Shown: piece after piece, positions 1 to 9,196 of the stretch | Position numbering within the stretch: the first letter of the stretch is position 1 | Layout of the letters: every line of letters starts with the position of its first letter | Assembly: GCF_006345805.1 (NCBI RefSeq) | Contig: NW_021827298.1 | Span: forward strand, 1-10,666 | Length of the DNA stretch: 10,666 nucleotides | Reading direction: 5' to 3' | DNA from: Octopus sinensis | Taxonomy: Eukaryota | The notes under the pieces: model-generated | What the model was told of the DNA's origin: nothing | The model's database searches: none | The model's input: only the letters and a program-made list of their open reading frames with translations | Made by a program: the position numbers and the translations under genes

Positions 1-285
1 GATGATTTCGGAAAAGAATGAAATAGTACAATACATGATTACTGGCCATCATCACCACTCTATCATCATGATAATCATGGTGATGAAGTGGTAATGACGT
101 TGGTGGCAGTGGGGACAATGGCAATGGTGCAATGGTTATGATTCATGGTGCTTGTGGGGGTGAGGTGAAGATGGCGGCACTAAGTTTAGGGATCTCAATG
201 ATTGATTTGGAGGAAGAATCTTTCTCTTTTACACATTCTTAGCTACCACATATATCTGCATATAAGTATGTCTGTGTATTCGAAC

Positions 286-742
286 GTATGTATGTATGCA
301 TGTATGTATATGTATATGCGTATGTATGTATGTATGTATGTATGTACGTACGTACGTACGTATGTATGTATGTATGTTTGTATGTATGTATGCAAGTGTG
401 ACTGTATGTATAAAATGTGGGGTACATAGAAATTAAGATTAATACAGATATGTATGTATACATATATGATTAAAAATGTATATATATTCAGACACATATA
501 TATAAATATATATATATATTGTACATACATACACACACATATATATGTATATATACATACATACAGACACACATGCATATATATATATGCATATATATGC
601 ATATATATGCATATATATATATTATATATATACATACAGACACACATGCATATATATATGCATATATATATATATGCATATATATATATGCATATATATG
701 CATATATATGCCTATATATATATATACATACATACATACATA
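286..742. repeat. Compound microsatellite: (TATG)n/(TACG)n then TA-rich array with GCATATATAT units
   Basis: Read directly; accounts for the low-complexity Y/I/M/C-rich ORFs at 202-778. Confidence 0.95.
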
Positions 743-1304
743 CTGAAATTGAGGCACCTTGTTAGGTCTAAGTAACATGCAAACTCTACAGTATTTAGTG
801 AATATCAGACTCGGCGCTCAAGTGCCGCCCACGTGTCTGCAGATTATTATAAGATCCAGCCGAGCGAAGAAATCAGCTATTAGTTATTCAGACATGTACT
901 TTATATCAAAAGTATTGTCTATAATATTTACGAAGCGCAGATTCTATGATAGGTGAATAAATTATAAGTGAGCAACAAAGAGGTACAGGTGTTAATCCAT
1001 TACGGCCGTTTCTAACGATTCCTTTAATTGATTAATGAAGACATTACATCGTAGCAAAAAAAAAAAAAAAACTATTAAGTTAGACATGGACTGGACCAAT
1101 CTTTGGTCGAAACATGTCAAAGTTATCTAAGCTACACGCACACATACACACACACACACGCATATAAGGGAGATAACTCAAAGGACTGGATGTCATGAAT
1201 TTGTGAATTAAGTTAAAGAGGAATGTGTTGAATGCAAAACAATCTTAATTTACAGAAATGATCTTCTAAATTTATACGCATGAATCTATATATCTCTACC
1301 TACA

Positions 1305-1329
1305 TATATATAGATATATATATTATATA

Positions 1330-1364
<35 letters not shown>
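1305..1364. repeat. (TA)n microsatellite at the 5' junction of the Penelope-like element
   Basis: Read directly. Confidence 0.95.
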
Positions 1365-1367
<3 letters not shown>

Positions 1368-2727
1368 AGACCCGCTTTTATTACCCTAAAAGACCATAAA
1401 GCAATTTCAATTTAATAGAAACCCCCCAATATAGATTGATCAATCTGGCTAAAACTGAAATAGGCATTATTAGCAATATATTTTGGACCGTATTTTTAAC
1501 TAAGTTAGATAGTGAATTAGATTTGAGAATTTGGAAGAATAGTAAGTCAGTTATAGAGTGGTTTAAAGGGATAAGCTATAAGCATAACTGCAATTTTACG
1601 CAGTTTGATATTATTGACTTTTACCCGTCAATATCTAGGACTTTACTCCTAAGGGCATTTAGACTTCGCCAAGCAGTATGTCGACATCGATAGCTCGGAA
1701 ATTGATATTATCATACATGCGAGGAAATCACTTCTTTTTTCGAGGATTCCACCTGGGTTAAGAAGAGTGAAGATTCTCTTTTCGATGTACCGATGGGAGC
1801 ATACGATGGGGCTGAGCCTATATTCTTCATAATCTTAAAATAGAATTCCCATTTATAGATGCAGGTTTATATAGGGATGACGGTCTTATAGCCACCCATA
1901 ATTTAAACGGCCATGAATCAGATAGACTTAGGAAAGACCTTATCGCTTTCTTCCAAAGGATGGGCTTACGGGTTACGATAGATGCTAACCTGAAAAGTGT
2001 GGATATTTTAGATGTAAATTTGAATATAAGGTCGGATAGATTTAAACCTTACCGTAAGCCTAATGACAAGCTATCGTATATTAGCAAAGAATCGAACCAT
2101 CCGCCATTATTCTTAGGAACTTAGTCAGCAATGTAGGTAGACGAATATCGTCAATTTCTTCGGATGAGGCAGCATTCCATAATGCTGCACCTTATTATGA
2201 TAGCGCATTAAGGAATAGTGGATTCTCTGAGAAGATCCAGTATAACCAACTTAATGCTAGTAGTAATGCTACACGTAGAACTAGGACCAGGAAAGTTTTG
2301 TGGTTCAACCCAGCTTTCAATTTGGCTGTAAAAACAAACATAGGTAAGGATTCTTGTAATTAGTCTCTAGGCTTTTTAAACAGGACCATAGATTTTATAG
2401 AATATTTAATAGAAGAACCCTTAAGATCAGCTATTCTTGTTGCAGGAATTTCGCCTCTTACGTTAGCCAGCACAACAGGAAACTCATTGATAACAAGCAT
2501 AGTACCGATCCTTTTAAAATTGTAATTGTAAAGATGAATCCTCCTGTCCGTTGGAAGGGAAATGTTTGGTAAAAGGGGTCGTTTATAGAGCCAAGGTGCA
2601 AATAAAAGGCTCATCTGAATATAAGACTTATACAGGGGCTTCTGAAAATTCTTTTAGAACCCGATTTTATTCGCACAAAAATTCCTTTCGATACCCAGAA
2701 AATAAGACGAAGACCAGCCTGGGTTAT
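1365..2727 (+). mobile_element. Degenerate Penelope-like retroelement (RT plus C-terminal GIY-YIG endonuclease), Naiad-like, truncated at both ends
   Basis: Manual translation across about 7 frameshifts/deletions and one stop gives: AFITLKDHK..RLINLAKTEIG; QFDIIDFYPSI (from 1601); FDVPMGAYDGAE; catalytic LYRDDGL (YRDD 1870-1881); KPYRKPND..SNHPP; WFNPAF; KISYSC; CNCKDESSCPLEGKC (2521-2565); GVVYRAKV..KTYTGASENSFRTRFYSHKNSF (GIY-YIG-like VVY 2578-2586, YTG 2629-2637). These motifs are typical of PLE RT and endonuclease. Confidence 0.93.
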
Positions 2728-3109
2728 GCTCATAGTCTATATGTATACACCAAGTGAGTTTGCATGCGAGCAAGATTGCGTATACATATGTGTACATGTA
2801 TATGTGTGTATATTTTCGTTTTGCATTTATATGTCTGTATATGTATGTGGTCTGCGCACATCTATCTGTGTATTTTGATGTATACGTGTATATTGATGGT
2901 TTTGTATGAGTAAGTACTGTTGTGAAATATTTTAATATGTTTTAATATATTTTAATTTCAATTTTTATATATTAATTGTATTAATCGAATTATATTTTCT
3001 TATTTTCTACATAATTATTGATGATATGTATTTGAATCAAATCTTTGATTTAAGGTTTTTCCTCGATTTTTATAATTTTATATTGAGCCCATTTATTTGT
3101 TTTGTTTAT

Positions 3110-3374
3110 CGCTCGCATATGACCGTTATTTGCAAGGACCAATCAAACAAGTCCATTTTTAAAGGTGTAACGTTTATACTAGTCTTGATAGAATTGTCAT
3201 ATCGGTTCTATTTTAACAAAACTGTCCGACGAACGAGAACATGAAACTCCGAGTAACAGCTTTTGTTGAATTTCTGCTGCTTTTAAATAAAGCATATTAC
3301 TCTACCTCTGGTATTTGTGTACTCCTTTTTCCACTTGTTTCCCACCTTGTTTCACATTTATGTGTTTACTCCGG
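3110..3374 (+). mobile_element. Putative Penelope pseudo-LTR / 3' end segment carrying a hammerhead motif and AATAAA
   Basis: Hammerhead-like fold at 3215-3267, AATAAA at 3286-3291, ends at a (TA)n run, and lies downstream of the PLE ORF remnant on the same strand. The left boundary is approximate. Confidence 0.55.
3215..3267 (+). ncRNA. Minimal type I hammerhead ribozyme motif, core mutated (probably inactive)
   Basis: Stem I AACAAAA-CTGT (3215-3225) pairs with ACAGCTTTTGTT (3256-3267), 11 bp with one bulge. Core CCGACGA (CUGANGA with U4->C). Stem II ACG-AGAA-CAT has one mismatch. Then GAAA, stem III ACT-CCG-AGT, cleavage triplet GUA (after 3255). Confidence 0.75.
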
Positions 3375-3380
3375 TATATA

Positions 3381-3454
<74 letters not shown>
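3375..3454. repeat. (TA)n microsatellite
   Basis: Read directly. Confidence 0.97.
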
Positions 3455-3457
<3 letters not shown>

Positions 3458-3468
3458 CACAACAACAA

Positions 3469-3670
3469 CAGCACGGAGATGCAGCATAGAATTTTTTAGT
3501 GAACAGGTCGCGGTCTCAAAGCGACGAAAATATTTTGACACAAATTAAGTGAATCTAACGGATTTTGTGTGTTTCTTAAATTGCTTTTAAAAACACCTTC
3601 CACGCAGCAATTGTTTTCTTTCCAACACACGATCTCAGATCAGGTCACTTGCTATGCAAGTACACCTCTG
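3469..3670. mobile_element. Half copy (one arm) of a palindromic foldback MITE-like element
   Basis: Closely matches the right part of the 8311-8625 copy (shared GAACAGGTCGCGGTCTCAAAGCGACGAAAATATTTTG...ACACGATCTCAGATCAGGTCA...GCAAGTACA). Terminus ...CCTCTG is followed by TA. Confidence 0.8.
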
Positions 3671-3731
3671 TAATATATATATATATAGATCTGAATACGT
3701 GTTGGCATGTGAGTATATATTTATACACTTA

Positions 3732-3733
<2 letters not shown>

Positions 3734-3775
<42 letters not shown>
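3734..3775. repeat. (TG)n microsatellite
   Basis: Read directly. Confidence 0.97.
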
Positions 3776-3776
<1 letters not shown>

Positions 3777-4011
3777 TCACACGTATATGTCACATTCTTT
3801 AATGTCAGAGCAGGCTTTTTAAATGGTGAACATGGCTCTAAACTTTGACCTCTGTCTCTGTTCCTACCGAAACAGGGTCTTCTAATCGCAGGGATATCGG
3901 TGGGATGGGGTGTGGTGAGAGGGTGAACAAAGATGAGGGGGTGATTAAGGAGAAGGGAGCGGAGAGGGGGCTTAATGCACAGTAATTTCAACGTTATTAT
4001 CAACACGAGAA

Positions 4012-4146
4012 CAACATCAACAGCGACAGCTACATCATGATCATCGCTATCATCATCATCATCATCGTCGTCATCATCATCAACATCATCATCATCATCA
4101 TCATCATTATCATCGTCGTCGTCATCATCATCATCATCATCATTAC

Positions 4147-4180
<34 letters not shown>

Positions 4181-4184
4181 GTCG

Positions 4185-4232
<48 letters not shown>

Positions 4233-4675
4233 CCTTCATCATCGTCGTCGTCGTCATCATCATCATTATCAACAACTAGGACAGCATCGAATCCTCCGTA
4301 AACAATGATGGCGACTACGACGACGACGACGACGACGACAACAACAAGTAGAACCACATCAGCAATGACGGCAACAGCAAGAAAAACGATACTAGCGACA
4401 ACAACAACGACGACAATAAACATAATAAACAACACAAACAATGCCAATAATGATAACAACAACAACGGCGACTTCGAAGAGATAAATGTGTGAAAGAATT
4501 TATGAATGATGTTTGCATTCCATGGACATATTCCCGTTTGAATTACACATCGGTTGGTGGTGGTGGTCATTATGGTGAGTGGTGGCGGTAGTGGTGGTGG
4601 TGGTGGTGGTGGTGAGTGGTGGTGGTGGTGGTGCTGCTGCTGCTGCTACGAACGGTAATGAGGATGATGAGGTGA
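4012..4675. repeat. Trinucleotide repeat mosaic: (CAT/ATC)n, (GAC)n, (AAC)n, then (GGT)n, (GCT)n
   Basis: Read directly; produces the poly-D/I/M/V ORFs. Confidence 0.95.
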
Positions 4676-4680
4676 TGAAA

Positions 4681-4911
4681 GGCGGCAAGCTGGCAGAAAC
4701 GTTAGCACGCCGGGCGAGATGCGTAGCCGTATTTCGTTTGCCGCTACGTTCTGAGTTCAAATTCCGCCACGGTCGACTTTACCTTTCATCCTTTCGGGGT
4801 CGATTAAATAAGTACCAGTTACGCACTGGGGTCGATATAATCGGCTTAATCCGTTTGTCTGTCCTTGTTTGTCCCCTCTGTGTTTAGCCCCTTGTGGCTA
4901 GTAAAGAAATA
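4681..4911 (+). mobile_element. tRNA-derived SINE (octopus-type), near full length
   Basis: A-box-like TGGCAGAAACG (4691), B-box-like GAGTTCAAATTCC (4753-4765), 5' GGCGG complementary to CCGCC (4764-4768) as in a tRNA acceptor stem, A-rich end GTAAAGAAATA. The family resemblance is from memory. Confidence 0.8.
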
Positions 4912-5090
4912 GGTAATGATGATGATGGGTTGTGGTGGTGGATGGGGGGGGGGGTGGTATTGTTGCGTGTTGTCGTTTAGGTAACTCTAGTGGTAGTAGT
5001 GGTAATGGCAGCGGCGGTGGTTGGATGTGTGGTAGGTAGTGGTGGCAGTAGTAGGGTCATTCTTACCACATTTTCACGACGTCTGTTTTT

Positions 5091-5269
5091 AATATTATTT
5101 TATGTTTGACTTTTGCTTTACATTTGCACAAGTTGGCTCCAAGTCTCTCACCCAGAGACATCATGAGACATCATGTTGCTGTTATGCCTAGGGTGTCCAT
5201 ATATTTGGTTTTAGTACATAGTGTTCTTCTAGAGAATGTTTAAGAAACCATAAGAAAATTATGTGTTTG

Positions 5270-5270
<1 letters not shown>
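5091..5270 (-). mobile_element. Probable 3' UTR fragment of a non-LTR retrotransposon ending in a degenerate (TAA) tail
   Basis: The minus strand ends ...GCAAAAGTCAAACATAAAATAATATT and its 5' end abuts the long (TAA)n run. Resembles an abundant octopus repeat from memory only; no ORF. Confidence 0.4.
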
Positions 5271-5326
<56 letters not shown>

Positions 5327-5366
5327 GTTATTATTATTATTATTATTATTATTGTTATTATTATTT
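5271..5366. repeat. (TTA)n microsatellite
   Basis: Read directly. Confidence 0.97.
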
Positions 5367-5892
5367 TGAGTGAGAGAGCAGTGCATGCCATCAAAGTGAC
5401 ACTGGGGTAAAATATACGAAGCCCAGTATATCCATCATGACTACCCGTCTGATAAGGGTACACCAAGCACATGCATCACAACCATATGTGCGCGACATGG
5501 TGATCTCATATCAAGATAAACAGGTGGGGCCCAGTTAGAATTTTCTTCTGGTCGAGTAACCCATCCCGCTCAAAAGGTCCCTTGTTTAGGGATGTTGAAC
5601 AAAACACCCATGTTTCCAGAAGTTAATTATTCAAACAATCCCTCTCAACACATGGCTATGATGTTCCCCACTACTTCTGCTCATGATCAGAGATGCACAT
5701 ATCGTCAGCCACTAATGGACATGCTCAACTGGTTAAGGTCAAACAACTGGCCAAGCAAATCTGTGGTATTGAGCAGAATATTTGCTGTAGCCCATCTTTT
5801 ATACCAAGACAAAGCAATGTACATGATAACACTTCCAATCAGTTAAGATCAGAAGCCATGAGACCCACTGACCGGTACTGCATTAGGGCATT
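5367..5892 (-). mobile_element. ~525 bp non-coding interspersed repeat embedded in (TAA)n, probable non-LTR retroelement 3' end
   Basis: Complex sequence with (TTA)n immediately on both sides (5271-5366 and 5893-5945). Resembles a common octopus repeat from memory; strand inferred from the (TAA)n tail; no recognisable ORF. Confidence 0.55.
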
Positions 5893-5909
5893 TATTATCA
5901 TTATTATTA

Positions 5910-5946
<37 letters not shown>

Positions 5947-6000
5947 GTAGTGGTGGTGGTGGTGGTGGTCGTCGTCGTCGTCGTCGTTGTGGAGGTGCAG
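5893..6000. repeat. (TTA)n followed by (GGT)n/(GTC)n
   Basis: Read directly. Confidence 0.95.
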
Positions 6001-6289
6001 GGGGGGGGGGTGTTCGTGTTTGCGGTACAGGTTGCGGTTGTTGTAAGCGCTAAGAACTATTAAGGCAGGATATCCGAAACGGGAAGTCAAGTTGTTAATT
6101 AGAAGTAATTACTCAAACGATTAGTTGTGATGGCGATGGTGGTAGTGGTGGTGGTGGTGGTGGAGGCTGTTGCTGTTGTTGTTGGTGGTGGTGGTGGCCA
6201 TGACGGTGATGGTGGTGGTACTGGAGACAAGTTGACACGTATACACACGTGACCACGCACATACACATATGCGCACATGCAAACAGACA

Positions 6290-6359
6290 TATATATATAT
6301 ATATATATATAATATATGTATATATATATATATATATTATATGTATATTTATATTATAC

Positions 6360-6401
<42 letters not shown>

Positions 6402-6472
6402 CTATATATATATACATACATATATAAATGTTAAGTGCTTGTGTTTGAGTAATATTTATCGCTTTCACACAC

Positions 6473-6506
<34 letters not shown>

Positions 6507-6748
6507 ATCCTTCCTCTCTCTGTCTCTTTCTTTCTCACTCCCTCTCTCTGTTTCTCTTTCTCTCTCTGTATATGAGTGTATGCGCGTGTGTGTGTAGTTT
6601 TCTATGTATGAATGTGTGAATGTGTGTATGTATGAGTGTGAGTGTGTGTGTCCTCGAGTGTGTGTGTGTGTTTGTATGTGTGTTTGTCTGTATGTGTGTG
6701 TGAGTGAGTGAGTGTGTGTGTGTGCGTGTGTTTGTATGTGTGTGTGTA
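6290..6748. repeat. Compound microsatellites: (TA)n 6290-6425, (CT)n 6476-6570, degenerate (TG)n 6575-6748
   Basis: Read directly. Confidence 0.95.
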
Positions 6749-7046
6749 TAAAGGTAAGTATATGGAATAGCATTTAAATTTGAATAATTAACGAAATAGT
6801 CAATAAACACACCGGAAGCTAAACTCCCTCTAGTGGATGTTTCCCGTCTAAAAGCTACAAGTATGGGACACGGTACTAGCGATATAATCAGACAACGGGA
6901 AATTTCGGATAGCGAAACCGACAGAGTTGCTTTTGGATGTTTTCTTTGAAATTCATCCGGTGAACTCATCGTACATGTTTCAGCCGTACGAAGCCTCCTC
7001 AGCGAAGCCTATTTTACTCACTTGCTAAGACTACGGACTGGTCAGT
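6749..7046 (-). mobile_element. ~300 bp hammerhead-bearing non-coding element (Penelope pLTR-like or retrozyme-like monomer)
   Basis: An island of complex sequence between (TG)n and (CA)n tracts containing an intact hammerhead core. Confidence 0.55.
6968..7007 (-). ncRNA. Minimal type I hammerhead ribozyme motif with intact catalytic core
   Basis: Minus strand reads CTTCG CTGAGGA GGCT TCGTAC GGCT GAAA CATGTA CGAT. Core CUGAGGA; stem II GGCU/GGCU (G.U, G-C, C-G, U.G); GAAA; palindromic ACAUGU stem III; GUA cleavage triplet (cut between +6972 and +6971); stem I UCG/CGA. Confidence 0.8.
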
Positions 7047-7087
7047 ATACACACATACACACACGCACGCACGCACGCACACACACA

Positions 7088-7126
<39 letters not shown>

Positions 7127-7160
7127 ACACACGCACACACACACACACAACACACACACA
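7047..7160. repeat. (CA)n/(CGCA)n microsatellite
   Basis: Read directly. Confidence 0.97.
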
Positions 7161-7191
7161 GATATAGATGTAAAACCCTCACAAACAAAGG

Positions 7192-7740
7192 ATGCATTGG
7201 TTCTTCTCCGATGAGTAAAACTTGGACCAAAAGTCTAACAGGAGAAATCTCCTAGGGTTAGACGCAGCTCCTTCTGATGTCCCCAGAGTGATGCATTTTA
7301 AATCTCCGACAAGTGTGACGGTCTTAGGAATCTTGAGTATCGAAGGAGATGTCATGCCAACCTCACAAATCTCCAAAGGATCTTAGAATTAATGCTGCTG
7401 AAAATGTTGAGGTGCTGGAGACAGTTGTTAAGCTCTGAATGGATAAAGTACTCAACTGAAGGACATATGTGTTTCAACAAGACTCACCGTCTTCTCGCAA
7501 AACCCACGTTACCCAAGAACGGATGACGATCAAGCAACACTAAACTTGTGTCGTTAAACCTCGCCAGATTGAAATACATTTGGACTTTGTGGAGAGGGAA
7601 ACTAAGCGATATCCTCACAATATCACAGCTTTACTGAAGGCCGCTGTTGGGCTGGTGATGTCCGAAATTGATAATTATTATTTAGTGCAGAAATATCAAC
7701 AATTTTGGTAGCGCATCAAAGCTGAAGGTGGATTTATAAA
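7192..7740 (+). mobile_element. Degenerate Tc1/mariner-superfamily transposase DDE/D domain (mariner/maT-like)
   Basis: Translation with stops and frameshifts: WFFSDE*N (D at 7210), VMHFKSPTSVTVLGILSIEGDVMP, RINAAENVEVLETVVK, YVFQQDSPS (D at 7481), SPD*N (7561-7575; third catalytic residue region deleted), VERETKRYPHN..LKAA, RIKAEGGFI. Confidence 0.85.
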
Positions 7741-7786
7741 TAATCCCATAGATTATCATAAAAGATTATTGAGGATATCTTTTATG

Positions 7787-8170
7787 TTTTCTATTCTACC
7801 CGTCTCAGTCATTGGACAGAGGCCATGCTGGGGCACTATCTTGAAGCATTTTTTAAAAGCCTAATACTTATTCTTTTGGTTTCATTTTGCCAAACTTCTA
7901 AGTTAGGAGAACGTAAACAAAGCAACACCGACGATCAAACGGTGGTGGAAGATCAAACACAACCTCTAACGCACAGGTATGGATGTGTACATACTTATGT
8001 ATATGCAACGGGATTCATTCAGTTTCCCTTTACCATATCCACTTACAAGGACTTGGACGGTCCGGGTTTGGCACATAAATCGCTTGCATAAAGTGTCAAG
8101 CAGAGGTTTTGAAACCGGACCATGTGGTTGGGGAGCAAACATCTTACCACACAACCACAACTACCGGCTT
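7787..8170 (-). mobile_element. Diverged tRNA-derived SINE (second octopus-type family)
   Basis: Minus-strand head with A-box-like TGGTTGTGTGG (+8147-8157), degenerate B-box GGTTTCAAAAC (+8106-8116), and purine/A-rich 3' end near +7787. The body resembles a common octopus SINE from memory. Confidence 0.65.
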
Positions 8171-8216
8171 ATTTTATTAAATTACTTATGTGTCTTCAAT
8201 TACCACTTGTAGCCAC

Positions 8217-8217
<1 letters not shown>

Positions 8218-8277
<60 letters not shown>

Positions 8278-8310
8278 CGTGCGTGTGTGTGTGCGTGCGT
8301 GTGTGTGCGT
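8218..8310. repeat. (GT)n/(GCGT)n microsatellite
   Basis: Read directly. Confidence 0.97.
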
Positions 8311-8625
8311 AATTGCAGCGCGGAGGGTGTTCATAAGCCATTTAAGAAACACACAAAAACCGTTAGATTCACTTCAACATATAAATTTAAGTTGCCAAAA
8401 TATTTTCGTCGATTTCAGCCCACTGACAAAATTATGTGCTGTATTAATGAACAGGTCGCGGTCTCAAAGCGACGAAAATATTTTGGCAAATTAAATTTAA
8501 ATGAAGTGAATCTAACGATTTTTGTGTGTTTCTTAAATGGCTTATAAACACCTTCCACGCTGCAATTGTTTTCGCTCCCGCACACGATCTCAGATCAGGT
8601 CAACTGATATGCAAGTACATCTCCG
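8311..8625. mobile_element. Palindromic foldback MITE-like element with long inverted arms
   Basis: Left arm 8311-8411 is the near-exact reverse complement of 8470-8567. The right terminus ...GTACATCTCCG is followed by TA; the outer left end is replaced by (GT)n. Confidence 0.85.
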
Positions 8626-9048
8626 TAATAAATAAATAAATATATGTGTGTATGTATATATATAAAAACTAAACACGTGTCTGTCTTGGCACAGAAAGCT
8701 GGGGTTAGTTTCTCAGATTGCACTTACACTGAACGATTATACTGATGAGGCCATGGACATTTGAATTATATAAGAAATCGAAGTATGCATTTAATTCTGT
8801 TTTTTATATAAATTTTCATCTGTCTTGCCCGCCAAATTTGGTTCTGGTGTTCGCTGAATTTTTCCTCTTGAGAATTCCTTTGTAGTTTGATCGTTGATGA
8901 TCTATTTCTAGCATACGGCCGACTTCCTAGCAGTCAAGCCCTGCCAATATACACATATATTAGAATTTTCTCTGATTTCTCAGATTTTTTGTATCCTAGA
9001 ATACTGGTTTTAAACTGATATTAAAATTAATATTAATTTATCTCCCTC

Positions 9049-9050
<2 letters not shown>

Positions 9051-9123
<73 letters not shown>

Positions 9124-9159
9124 ATATTAATATATATGTAATATATATATATATTATAT

Positions 9160-9196
<37 letters not shown>

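Noticed and set aside
202-778. Cluster of Y/I/M/C/H-rich ORFs (similar ones at 3302-3548, 6099-6773, 7022-7255, 9211-9602)
   Set aside because: Artefacts of TA/TG/CA simple repeats.
2440-2565. Possible selenocysteine-encoding Naiad (in-frame TGA at conserved Cys positions is reported for some Naiads)
   Set aside because: The KISYSC cysteine and all four CxCx5Cx5C cysteines are TGT codons here; no in-frame TGA at these sites.
3869-3879. GAAACAGGGTC, resembling a hammerhead 3' half
   Set aside because: No upstream CUGANGA or stem II hairpin.
3635-4570. 311 aa minus-strand ORF with poly-Asp and poly-Val tracts
   Set aside because: It is the translation of stop-free trinucleotide microsatellites, with no domain-like sequence or splice evidence.
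4681-4768. tRNA gene
   Set aside because: Has A/B boxes and acceptor-like pairing but no clean cloverleaf, and continues into a SINE body without a terminator.
5605-5708. Minus-strand CTGACGA with a distant GAAACATGGGTG
   Set aside because: About 85 nt apart with no evident closing stem II, and position 17 would be G, which is not a cleavable triplet.
8742-8748. CTGATGA hammerhead-core heptamer on the + strand
   Set aside because: No stem II closed by GAAA and no stem III/UH or stem I complement follows.
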